A DNA stretch of 64,000 nucleotides, from the NCBI GenBank assembly GCA_001687465.1, contig LVLI01000084.1, forward strand, positions 62,001-126,000, written 5' to 3'. How positions within the stretch are numbered: the first letter of the stretch is position 1; every line of letters begins with the position of its first letter. The translations under genes were made by a program, and so were the position numbers. Source of the stretch: Halocafeteria seosinensis (Eukaryota). Below are positions 33,488 to 45,576 of this stretch, in pieces. Below the pieces are notes generated by a model. The model made no database searches. It saw only the letters and a program-made list of their open reading frames with translations, and was not told the origin of the DNA.

Positions 33488-35490
33488 ATGGCAGGTCGTT
33501 CCCCTCAAGCTCACCCGAGGCGAACTTGGCCCTGGAAGACGATGTTTGTCGCACTCGTTGCTGTCTCTGCAAGCAGTTATAATATCCCCAAGGGACTCGT
33601 CTGGAATGTTCTTGTTCATTATGTCCCGAACCTGGCTGCTCTGTCTACCGTGGGACTTTTATCAACGGTAGGTAGTGGCGTCAGAACACCTGTTTTTCTT
33701 TTATCCGCTTCCCGCCTTTCACGGGGAATCGGAATATGCATAAGTGACTCATCGGTACTTTAAAGGAGTCAGTTGTGTGTCGCGTGTCGTGTTTATTGTC
33801 TGGGAGTGTCACATGTATACTCTTTCATGTCATGCAGCTTCATCCTGTAGCCCCTGTAGATTACCTCGCTGAGGAAACGGTGCCTAACTTCCTCAAGTCG
33901 GTTCAAGATAGGTACTTCGATCAATCCCCGCCAGATCCGCGAGTGGTTTACCCCAATACAGCACCAACGATCCTTAATGTACCGATATTAGAAAGGATAG
34001 AATTCTTCATATTTCGTTTCTGGAACTTCTTTGCTTTACAGTTCATCAATATGCCGTTCAATCTGTGGTATTCACAGCTGAACTACCAAACTACACCGGT
34101 GCGGGACGACGAACTGGCTACTCTATTCACGCATCACTGGCCGTCATTTTTCCTCCGGTCACTGAACTACACTTCTCCCACCGGAACAGCTGAAGGATTT
34201 CCCGAATTTGTAGAGGCTCTAGACATCTCCAGCAGGGGAGGAAGAATCTTCGAATGGTACTACGCTCAGTTCCCCGGGATGGCTACGTTCGAGTACACGC
34301 AAAATAGCGAAAATATGTTCTATGGGGCGGGCTCATTTATCATCCTACGCCGCCCAAAGGGAAGTCCAGAAGAGCTGGAACCATATGCTATTGAGCTCTT
34401 TGGTGAATGCATGAACTCTTCCAACAAGAACGACGGGAATCATCCGCGATTTCCCTCTATCATTACAAGACCTGGTGATCCTGCATGGGACGCCAGTAAG
34501 ACCTTCCTGATCCATGGTGCACAACACTACTATGTCCTGGCGGAGCACTCGATGTCCCATTTCCCCTTCGATATTATCAACGCCGCTACCAAAGATCGCC
34601 GACTGGTGCCCCTGTTTCACCCGATCCAAAGTCTGTTGCAGCCTCACTTCAGATTCACCTTATCACTCAACGACTTCGTCATGAACAGTTTTGCAACGAG
34701 CATCTTATTGAATGACCATCTAGTGCACTGCTTTGACGCAAGCGGACCAGCGATCTTCCAGCTAACTCAAGAGTATACTAAGGAATTTAGTTTCAGTAAC
34801 CACAAAGTGGAATACTTTCCACCCCGCAATCCGTCGAACATAACGATCTTCCTCTTGGAATACCGCCCAATCATCGGAAAGTTTGTTCGACGAGTAGTCG
34901 AGGAGCATCGGTCAACTGGAGAATTTCGCGATGTTTACATGCAAAAATGGGCCGATCACATTGCTGCGTATGTTCCTGGGTTCCCCAATGGAGAGCAGAT
35001 TCAGAATGAAGCAGTTATGATCGAAGCGCTCACTGAAATAATCTTTGATTTATCCGTACACCATAGTACACAGCATTGGAATTATCATACGTCGCTTGAG
35101 ATGAAGAAGAGACCATGGCGTATTCGTCATCGCCCGCCTCTTTCCAAAGAAGAGCACTGGGACTGGGATGAAGGCAGTCACACAAGCGGAGATATGTTCA
35201 CATACTCTCAGACTGAGATTATGTTCTTCTTTCCTGGTAAGTTTCATCCTTGTTTCTTTTTTGGACCGGTAATGCCACTGTTTAGCCGATATCTACTTTG
35301 TTCGTCGAACACAGGACCCTACAATAGTCTTAAAGAGACTAAGTATAGCTTCTCGCGTCCGAAAGTAAACGATTATGCCCGGGAATTCATCCAGGATTTG
35401 AAGGCGAAAGATAAGAAGCTTGAGAAGGAAGGAGATCCGGTGTATCAGCTAGTCCCCTTCGACAAGATGGGCCCCTCAATTGACTGCTGA
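33488..35490 (+). CDS. Divergent lipoxygenase-like protein, copy 1 (exons 33488-33667, 33838-35236, 35315-35490; 584 aa)
   Basis: LEPYAIEL, WDASK, EHSMSHF, INAATKDRRLVPLFHPIQSLLQPHFRFTLSLN, LTEIIFDLSVHHSTQHW, C-terminus GPSIDC*. These are the LOX catalytic-domain landmarks in the correct order. Confidence 0.8.
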
Positions 35491-36287
35491 AGAAGGCAGT
35501 GAACGGCTGATGGCATCTAGTGAATTGCATATTATGTATTCTGTATAGAAGTTGGAGGAACTTTAGTTGAGTCAAACGGCAAAGACCGATTCGTAGCCAA
35601 CCTGGACAGTGGCCAAACCGTCGGGGCTTTACTGTGCTGGATTCGAAATATGGATAAAGTAAGCTAACATGTATAAGGTAGCAAAGGTGGTCGGTCTTAC
35701 CACGGGTAGTTCGTTTGGCAGCGTAGAGGTCCCTCTTATAGCCTGGATAGATAACAGTTCCTTTGTTGCTCCAATCAAATGACCCAACACTCCAACTCCT
35801 CTCGTTTGAGAGTACGCTGTAGCGATTCTGAAGAACCTGGTGCATTGAGAAAATATGAGAGAACTAAAATCTTGTCTCCGCAGTCTTCTCAAGGACGTTA
35901 GTCAGCTGGATTCTTGGAGTCCCAAGAGTCAGCAGATGCTACTCGGGGGCACATTGTGCGTCTTGACCCGAGGCAACGCATGTGTATATGCCTTGCATAA
36001 CGGTAACGGGCAAATCACTTATCGCATCATCATGACGGGAGAATTCTTCTCCGCAGGCGGCCGTAAAGGATGGTGTTATTCGGGCTTTCGGTGTTGGATC
36101 GGAATCCATCCCCGCACCGCGGATCCAACGCCCAGTTCCCCGCCACAGAGGTGGGAAGTGTTCGACACTGGTTGAGTTGAGAGAAGGTTTGATGATGGGG
36201 CGCGGTACGAGGTAGCCTGCTTTGTATTTCTTTCGCAATTATCCTGGTTGTATTAGGTGAGCTTGAGTCCCCAAAACTCCGGAGGAA

Positions 36288-38189
36288 ATGCCTGCACAAG
36301 CCCAGCAGCCACCAGTGCCTTGGAGGACACTTATCGCAGTGCTTGTTGCTATGTCAGCTAGTAGCTACAACATACCCACCGATGTCGTCGTAGATACGTT
36401 CACGCACTATCTGCCCAACTTGGCGGCACTCTCCAGCGTCGGCGTCCTTACAACGGTAGGTTCTGAATTGGCGATCTTCTATCCTCCTCGCGGGCGCCCC
36501 GCGCCCGAGGGTCCCTACACGGATATCGTTCACAATGTACTCCTTCTTGCAGTTTCATCCAATTGCTCCGGTAGATTATGTCGCCAAACAAACGATACCA
36601 AACTTTTTGGAGACTGTGGAAGACAGATATTTCGACCATTCTCCTCCGGATCCGCGGGTCGTCTACCGTCATACTGTGCCAACCGTTCTCAACGTCCCGC
36701 TGCTCGAACGAATTGAGTTCTTTGTGCTCCGCTTCTGGAACTATTTTGCATTGCAGTTTCTCAACATGCCGTTCAATATGTGGTACTCGCGATTCAACCA
36801 TCGGACGACTCCTATAGAAGACGAAGAATTCAGTGCTTTATTTATGCACCATTGGCCATCGGCATTCCTTCAGACCTTGAACTACAGTTCACCACCTCAA
36901 ACAGCCGAAGGACTACCGGAATTCATCAAGGCGTTGCGTATCTCCGAACATGGAGGGGAAATCTTTGAATGGTACTACGTCCAATTTCCAGGAATGGCAA
37001 CCTGGGCATATACCAGGGAGCACAATAAGATGTTTTATGGTGCGGGCTCCTTCGTCATCTTCCGGCGTCCAAGAGGAAGTGCAGAAAATCTAGAACCGTA
37101 CGCCATTGAGTTGTTTGGTGAGTGTATGCGTGAATCATACAAAAATGATGGGAACCATCCCCGGTATCAGTCCATAATCGTCCGGCCAGGAGATCCTGCA
37201 TGGGATGCCAGCAAAACTTTTGTCATACATGGTGCCTCGCACTACTACGTGTTGGCTGAACATCCCATGGCTCATTTCCCTTTCGACGTTATTAACGGCG
37301 GAATAAAAGACCGACGCATAATGCCCGTTTTTCATCCTCTACGGCCGCTCCTGAAGCCGCATTTCAGATTCACTTTGACATTAAACGATTTCGTGATGAA
37401 CAGTTTCGCAACAAGTATAGCACTGAATGAGTACTTGGTGCACTGCTTTGATGCCAGCGGTCCGGAGAGCTTCCAACTCATTCAAGAGTATACGAAAAAG
37501 TATAACTTCTCCGAACACAGGATCCAGTATTTTCCTCCTCAGAATCCGTCGAATATGAGTGTATTCCTGTTAGAATACCGGTCTATCATTGAAAATTTTG
37601 TACGACGAGTTGTCGAGTATCATCGACCTACTGGTGAATTTCAGGATGCTTATGTTCAAGACTGGGCTGACCATGTCTCAAAGCACCTTCCGGGCTTTCC
37701 CAACGGGCGCGAAATCCTGGATGAAGAAGTGATGATTGACACTCTCACGGAGATCATATTTGACCTTTCCGTACATCACAGCACTCAGCATTGGAATTAT
37801 CACACTTCCTTGGAGATGAAGAAACGGCCTTGGCGTATTCGACACCGACCGCCACTGTCGAAAGACGACCCGTGGGACTGGAAAGCCGGTAGCCACACTC
37901 AAGAGGATGTGTTTACATACGCACAGACAGAAATCATGTTTTTCTTTCCGGGTAAGGACTTCAACTTAGTTCAGCTAGGCCATTTGTCTCAACCATACTT
38001 TTCCCGTACGCAGGTCCCTACACTATCCTCCAAGAGGTCGAGTATCAGTTCGATGACCCACAACTGCAAGCGATAGCCAAGGACTTCGCCCAGCAGCTGA
38101 AGGTGAAGGACAACCAGTTAAAGAAGACAAAGACACCTGTATATCAGCTAGCTCCTTTAGACAAACTTGGGCCATCCATCGACTATTGA
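36288..38189 (+). CDS. Divergent lipoxygenase-like protein, copy 2 (exons 36288-36455, 36553-37951, 38014-38189; 580 aa)
   Basis: EHPMAHF, HPLRPLLKPHFRFTLTLN, LTEIIFDLSVHHSTQHW, C-terminus GPSIDY*. Intron positions match copy 1. Confidence 0.8.
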
Positions 38190-40330
38190 CTCTTTCATTG
38201 GGGGAGGAAGTGTGCTCCCATACCGTATGGCTAGTTGGCATTGGTTTCGAGTGTAGAGCCTACCTCTCGACTCGAAGCTCTGGACTTTACAGAGCATAAT
38301 AGGAGAGATTCCACGCCTAAATAAATGCACACAAGTCTCCTTGGAGTTTGGTGATTTAATAACATGATAAGCTACTGTCTCCAGGGCGGGCCCGCAACTC
38401 GGCCCTGAGTCAACGTCGACATCCGAGGTTCACAAGTCTCTCTATTGCGTTGTCTATTATCTTCTCTCCAGCAGTAGCTCGTCATATCGGTAGTTTGGTA
38501 GATCCACTCCTTGGTTTACCAGAGGTTATGGAGGGAAAATTGGGCTGTGATATTAATTGAAGCACGCCTCTGCCAGGAACGCGCGGCCGTTTAGATCCCT
38601 CCGCGGAGTCGCATGCAGCATGATGCAGTGTAAGTTCCAAGAGGTCCTTTTTATATGCTACATTACACGCACATTTGCTAATCTATTGTACAGTGCTATA
38701 TTCATTATGTCTGTTCATTCTGGGAACTCCCTCCTCTTGTGCAGAAGAAGGAGTCTAGATATCCAGACAGAGCGGCCCATCCTGAACTTTTTTGACAGAG
38801 GCCCCGTAATAGGTGCAGCAAGGTTGTTGCACCGCTGGAGTAATTTGTTGGAATGGCGATAAGCTCCTGCACTTGGAGAAGTGGCGGTGCAAGTTCCTGA
38901 GCTCAGGAAATTGGAAGCGCTCGAGCTCGAGCTGAACTTCGAGGCTCGAAGATATAGGGGGAAAACAGGTGGATCAACGATATAAATGCGTCTAGTGCTG
39001 CTCGCAGGGACTATCCAGATAGAGATCTCAGTGTGAGGCGAAGGGTACATTCTATCGTAAGTCTCAACCAACTCCAACAACCGCGTTAGGAAATCTGGAC
39101 ACTTCGACCAGCTTATTGCTAAGCAGACAAACGTTCTGCTCCTGGAATCTGATCTGACTGTATGATCCTTCAACATTATCTAATCGGAGAAATGCAGTGT
39201 GTGGTTTAACTTCATCGACCGTGAAACTGTGTGTGGTTTCTCCAGGATTGACGGAATTGCCCTAACTCGGAGCATCAGACGCAGAAGATGGGTCAGCGCG
39301 AAACTCTTGCATAAATAGTGCCTAGATGATATGCTAATTACCAACAGGTCACTTGGAATAACAATATAGGAAATCGAAAACGATATGCCGAGGTTTGAAT
39401 ACTCAATTTATAACTCGATGGCAGCCATGCTGAAACTAGCATCTATGCCACTGCATACCTGCCGATCTGATCGAAGGAAAAAGCCCGGCTTTCATAAAGC
39501 AACCTAGCAAGGTTTGAGGAAGACGTCTCAGCTGAAACCGCAGAAGCTGCGGACATTCGCGGCCAAATCGATACGCGGATGTGTTTGCGGAGTTGAGGAA
39601 TTCCATGACCATGGAGGTTCAACTCTGTTACATGGACGGATGTAGCTTGCGCGCTATTCATCCCGACATTGTGGAGGAAGGAATGTACTTAAGCACGCGT
39701 ATTGCAGCGTGTGTCTCCAGGATGAAACCGTGAATGACGCAGACAGCGGTGAACGAGCAAGCGGCGAGGCTTCGAGCTGTAGTCTGGGCGCACACAAACA
39801 AATTCCATGGACCGAATGGAGGGCGGCTTGGCCAGTGACTCAGAATTCGTGGTTCAAATGTAGCTTTCCGCATTGTAACATGATACTATTTGGGTGTAAC
39901 TGTGTATAAGCTCCGAGTGTACAGGTTGAAGTTTTTCTCCGGAAGCTAACGGAAACTAGATGGAGTCTGTTCTGCTGCATTCTACGCTCCGGAACGCGCC
40001 ACAGGTACCATACGCGCTTTCTATGGCATATATAGAAGTATTCCCGAGAAGGGGAGCGCTTGTGCGTGCATAGGTTGTTCACGACAAAATACACCTGTTT
40101 TTTTTTATCCGGTGACCTGGAGACGCGGTCTGCTTTCCGCAGCCAGGGATCTTTTGGGATCCGCCGCTGAGTAGCTGTTGTATATTCCATAGTGTTGATC
40201 CACTGCGATACTGAGCTTCGTCCTTTTGCCGTCATTTCTCTGCCCGGTTCAGTCCACGTGCGTTTGTGTGGTAGAAAATCTCAGGATATCTTGTTCTCAC
40301 AACAGTCGCTCGCTCGCTCCAACAGAAAAA

Positions 40331-42252
40331 ATGAGGTGGAAGACACTGTTGGCCGTTCTGGTGGCGATTACTGCTAGCAGCTACAATATCCCCAAGGGGC
40401 TCGTTGTGGATATATTCACCTACTATGTCCCGAATTTCGCGGCGCTTTCAGGTGTGGGACTCTTGACGACGGTAAGTGGCACGCAAAAGGCCCCAGCCAA
40501 GCCAACTTGGGCCTGGGAAGAGGTTGAAGTGGATGTTGGATGTACGGCGGAGATAGTTGTGACTCATCGTAACCTAGTGAGCGTATTTGTGTATGTGTGT
40601 GCAGTTCCACCCCATTGCCCCGGTAGATTACGTTGTGGAGGAAACTTTGCCCAATTTTCTCAAGTCACTTCAAGATAGGTACTTCGATGGATCTCCGCCG
40701 GATCCTCGAATTATTTACCCAAACACAGTTCCTACGATTCTCAACGTGCCATATTTAGAGCGAATTGAGTTTTTCTTGTTCCGATTCTGGAATTACTTTG
40801 CGCTGGACTTCATCAATATGCCATTCAACTACTGGTACTCCCGGTACCGTTACAAGACAACCCCGATGCCGGATGAACAACTTGCAGCCTTGTTTTCGCA
40901 CCAATGGCCTTCGTCTTTTCTATTGACCCTCAACTACACATCTCCTGCTAAAACCGCGGAAGGTCTCCCAGAATTCATCAGGGCCCTGAAAATTCCAGAG
41001 CACGGTGGGGAAAAATACCATTGGTACTATGCACAGTTCCCCGGTATGGCCACGTTTGCCTACAACCAAGAGCATAACAAGATGTTCTACGGGGCCGGCT
41101 CCTTCATTGTCTTCCGTCGCTCGAAGGGCAGTGAAGAAGATCTAGAACCTTTTGCGATCGAGCTTTTTGGAGAATGCATGCGCAATTCTACAAAGAACGA
41201 TGGGAATCACCCGCAGTTTCAATCCATAATCGTTCGGCCTGGAGACCGTGCATGGGAAGCTAGCAAGACGTTTGTTATCCACGGTGCCCAACATTACTAT
41301 GTGCTGGCAGAACATCCCATGGCTCATTTTCCTTTTGATGTAATCAACGGAGCAACAAAGGATCGTCGGTTGGTTCCTCTCTTTCATCCGATTCAGTCGC
41401 TTCTCCAGCCTCACTACAGGTTCCATTTGACTTTGAATGATTTCGTGATGAACAGTTTCGCAACAAGCATCTTGCTTAACGATCATTTAGTCCATTGCTT
41501 CGATGCAAGTGGTCCTGAGATTCTGCAATTAGCACAGGAGTACACGATGAAGTTCAGTTTCACCGGCCACAAAGTGAAGTATTTCCCACCTGAAAAACCC
41601 TCTAACTTGAGTGTGTTCCTTCTGGAGTACCGTCCTATCGTTGAAAGGTTCGTGCGCAATGTGGTGGAATTCCACCGCCCTACCGGTGAGTTCCGCGACG
41701 GATATATGCGAAAATGGGCAGACCACATCTCCAGTCACATTCCGGGATTCCCCAACGGAGAGGAGATCATGGATGAGGAAGTGATGATTGATACACTTAC
41801 GGAGATCATCTTTGACCTGTCGATTCACCACAGTACGCAGCACTGGAACTACCATAGTGCGTTTGAGATGAACAAGCGGCCATGGCGTATGCGCCACCCA
41901 CCGCCAATGTCAAAGGACGATCCGTGGGACTGGGAGAAGGGTAGTCAAACTAGTGATGATATGAGCACATATGCTAAGACAGAGATTATGTTCTTCTATG
42001 CCGGTAAGTTGTACGGTCGTGGCCTGTTTTATTATCAAGTCGTGTTGACATTCAGACGTGCTTTGATGAACTGCAGGGCCGTACAACAGCGTAAAAGACA
42101 CTAAATACAGTTTTCAAGCACCAAAGTTAAAAGAATACGCGAAACAATTTACTGACGAATTAAAGCAGAAGGATGACCAACTGAGCAAGACCGGTGACCC
42201 TGTCTACCAGTTAGCGCCATTGGATAAGTTAGGACCATCAATTGATTACTAG
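40331..42252 (+). CDS. Divergent lipoxygenase-like protein, copy 3 (exons 40331-40471, 40605-42003, 42077-42252; 571 aa)
   Basis: MRWKTLLAVLVAITASS leader; EHPMAHF, HPIQSLLQPHYRFHLTLN, LTEIIFDLSIHHSTQHW, C-terminus GPSIDY*. Confidence 0.8.
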
Positions 42253-43867
42253 AGGTGCCTTCTACGTGTCAGCTGACACTGGCGGTGATAGTATGATAGC
42301 ATTTCTATGGTTTGATCTGCCGCCGTTCAGGTGTAAACCAACGTAGCTCAGGAGCTCCGCTCTCAGTCCTGGCCGTGTCATCGGGTTCGGCCCATTTTCT
42401 GCTCGAGGACCGTAGTTCTGGTTTACCATGTACAGAAAAGCTGTGCCAAAGAACTGGAATCTTGTTTGACCTAGAAGGCAATGGATTAATACACGTTTTG
42501 TACTCTTTAAAGGTTGCTCGGAATTCCCTTGTCTATTCTGTCTGCGGCGACAAAGATAAAATCCGTGTGTAACCAAACAGGGATCGTAAGACTTCAAAGC
42601 GCACCGGAAAGGTCCGCCCGTTTGCTGTTTGTTCCGAACTAGCTGCTTGTTTGTTTAGGAATGTGATCCAACAAAGGGACCGTACCAGTACCACCTTCCT
42701 TTGCATTCTTCCTGTGGTTAACCGTATATGCAGTAAACTCTTCAACCGAGAACCAACGGAAACATAACAAGATTTACCTACTATGCATCATACTGTTTCC
42801 GAACGAAGATATAGTAAAACCACGCTTCTGCACAGCCTTGTACTCACAGTCATCGTCATCTTCATGGTCACCTAATAATTCCACTTCTGCATACCCCATA
42901 AGAGACCCTCATTCGATAGAGTACCCGCACTATAGACATTGATATTATGTACGCACAGTCCATACATACATACGTTGTAACTTACGACTTGTAAGGTGGT
43001 GGCAGGCACCGTAGTGGCAGTGGCAGACTTTAACTCGTCTACCACCACCAAGCAAGCAATCATTCCGTCGACGTGGACGCCATGGACCATGGTTGAGCCC
43101 GCGTAGTCCTTCATCACGTACACGTACACACGGTTTGAAAGACAGATGTGGGGGAAACAAAAAAGAAAAATGAACCAAGCAAGGAAAGGGCCTGCTTCCT
43201 GGCATACTAGAGCAACCTTCGGCTTTCTTCCTGGGGACCTTCACATCACCTGTTTTGTTTGCTCGAAAACGAATGCACAAGCATAGTAGCTTGTTGTACA
43301 ACGGTAGACGGAGTGGAGTGGTTGGTTGAAACGACCCAATCCATACATGCATGCAAAACGTACGAGCATTGGCTGGCTAGACAAGTACAGTACAATACAG
43401 CCTGAGAAGTCCGTCTCCCACGAAAGAAAGGAGCTGAAAATATGCATTCAACTCGTTTGGATGCATTGTGCTTGTACTATACAGCACTCTATTCCGGATC
43501 TTAGAGTAGATTGGCTCTCCAAGCGATTGAGTGGTGCCGTCGTTGTTGGTGGCCAGCAATGGGTACGGTACATATATTACGTTACAGGAAGCGACTTCCT
43601 TGCCACCAGGTGGTGGGGTGAACAAGCGAAGATCGTCCCATCAAGGGTGTTTACATCGAACCATGAACGGACCAATTCATGCACTGGCTCGGTGATACAT
43701 GTATGTGTGACGGGAGGGGGAAGAACAGTTGGAAAGATACACCCGCGTTGCTCGGAAGTACACTTCCTATTGAGGCGAAAAATGAAAAGAACAAGAGACG
43801 TACAAAGAGAGAAGAATTTGATTGTCCTTGCAGGATGTGTGGATGCATATGAAAGAGTTCTGTGAAA

Positions 43868-44645
43868 ATGCCAGAAAAATCTGAACGCATACTGTACAGT
43901 ATTGCAAAGACCGGGTTGGATTGGAAAAGGCTAGACGAGCAGTTAGAATCACTCTCGGAGATCAGAGGTAGTATTGGGAATTGTTGCACAGCAACGGAAT
44001 TGTACCTGTCACGTTACAGACCCTCCCTATATAGGGCCTTTAGGAGTCTTACGTTCCGGAAAAAGGGATAAAGTGGGAGCTGACAAACTCGGGTGAGGAA
44101 GGGCGAAGAAATCCCTGGGACAAGCCAGAGCATTGATCCTCAACCTGATGTTTCGAAAATGCATCAGAAGCAATCGTACTAGCTGCGAAAGGTCAACGTC
44201 TACCCCTATAAGTTTGGGAAGTAGTCCAGTCCAACACATGGAGTGATGCTACATGATTTGCAGGTACTGGTACTTAAGAAAGAGTCTACTGAAGACGAAA
44301 AGAAGATACGCAAGAATAAAGACCAGTCGCATGAAGGAGTTCTCTGTGATGATTCGGCAGATCAGCTATTGCAAAGATGATAACATAAAGCGAATTCGCC
44401 CTCTCGCATCAGTTGCATACCATATGCTTATTTGGACTGAAGTATTCAAATGTCCACCAAGAACTGAAACAATCCTCCACCGTGCTCATCGGAGAGTGTA
44501 CGCGCCTGCCAAGAACCGGAAGAGGGCGCTAGCCAAACAGGACAACGAAAGAAAGAGATATGAGACTCCCTTATGCAAGAGAATCGGAGGCAACAAAGCT
44601 GTAATAAGATGCTTAAGAGAAGAAGCACGCCTGAAAGCAGTATGA
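43868..44645 (+). pseudogene. Possible decayed ankyrin-repeat gene
   Basis: Broken frames ending in ETILHRA... and YETPLCKRIGGNKAVIRCLREEA, which resemble degenerate ankyrin TPLHxA..GN..VV..LL units. Confidence 0.3.
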
Positions 44646-45576
44646 GCCGTACTTGTGAGCGAAGAATATTTCTCCCCAGCAAACGCCTTATTATGTGTAT
44701 TCAGTGGAGCTATTCCTCTTGACGATCTGCTTGTCCCCTCTCCAAAGGCGAAGGCTCGAATTCACAAGCGAGCTGTTCGTGATGGCCGGAAACGAGTTTA
44801 GAGGGTAGAACTATTGGCACGTGAGGACGGGAAATGATGAAATGATGCTCATGGGCTGTACTTGATAAGTATCGTGGGCAAAGAAACCACTTTAATTGCA
44901 TCACCCAACTATGCTATTTCCCAGGGGCAATCAATGTGTAATGCGGGAGGACGTCGATTTTTCTGATGATGGCTTGTGAGCACTTGCTGACGGCCTGTCC
45001 ACCATTTCCATGCTAGCAACCAGAGACCGCTCGCCGAACCGTCAGAGTCATAGTGCTTTCGGGAAGTGCTAGGCTAACAGGAAGAAAACCTTTCATCATT
45101 GCTGCTACAGGTGTCGCCATTGTTACTGCTACTAAGTCGCCGACGCCGCATCATAGTCCATCCATTCCGGGAAAGTTATAAGCGAGCTAGACCTACTGGT
45201 GGTGTTACTCGAGGATGAGACTACATCTGTACAGTTGGCGTTTCTCCCGTGGCTTTTTAATTCGCAGAATTATTTGCATCAGTCCAAAAATAAGCCGTGG
45301 ATAAAGGGAGGGCTGAACACTACAGTATGGAACTACTGAGTCAAACGAAGCCGAGCTTCATGTGCTTCCCAGATAAGTTGGAAGGCTCAGTGCGGATGAA
45401 CTCGTATCATATTGCATTAAATAAAAGTCAACACTGCTGTTGGGTACATACTTAATTTAGGTAAGATTGTTAAGCTTTGAGTCCCGCCACTGCAAAAAAT
45501 ATCACTCATTAACTATATTAGGCTACGCCTCCACATTTCTCTTGATTCATTCCTTGAAATGCTTTGCCAAACATCT

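Noticed and set aside
35485..35502. TGA after the terminal Cys as selenocysteine or readthrough
   Set aside because: It aligns exactly with the stops of both paralogues (one is TAG), and LOX needs a free C-terminus at this position.
12303..42252. PLA2 plus LOX as one oxylipin gene cluster
   Set aside because: The two are about 20 kb apart with unrelated genes between, and the PLA2-like protein lacks catalytic residues.
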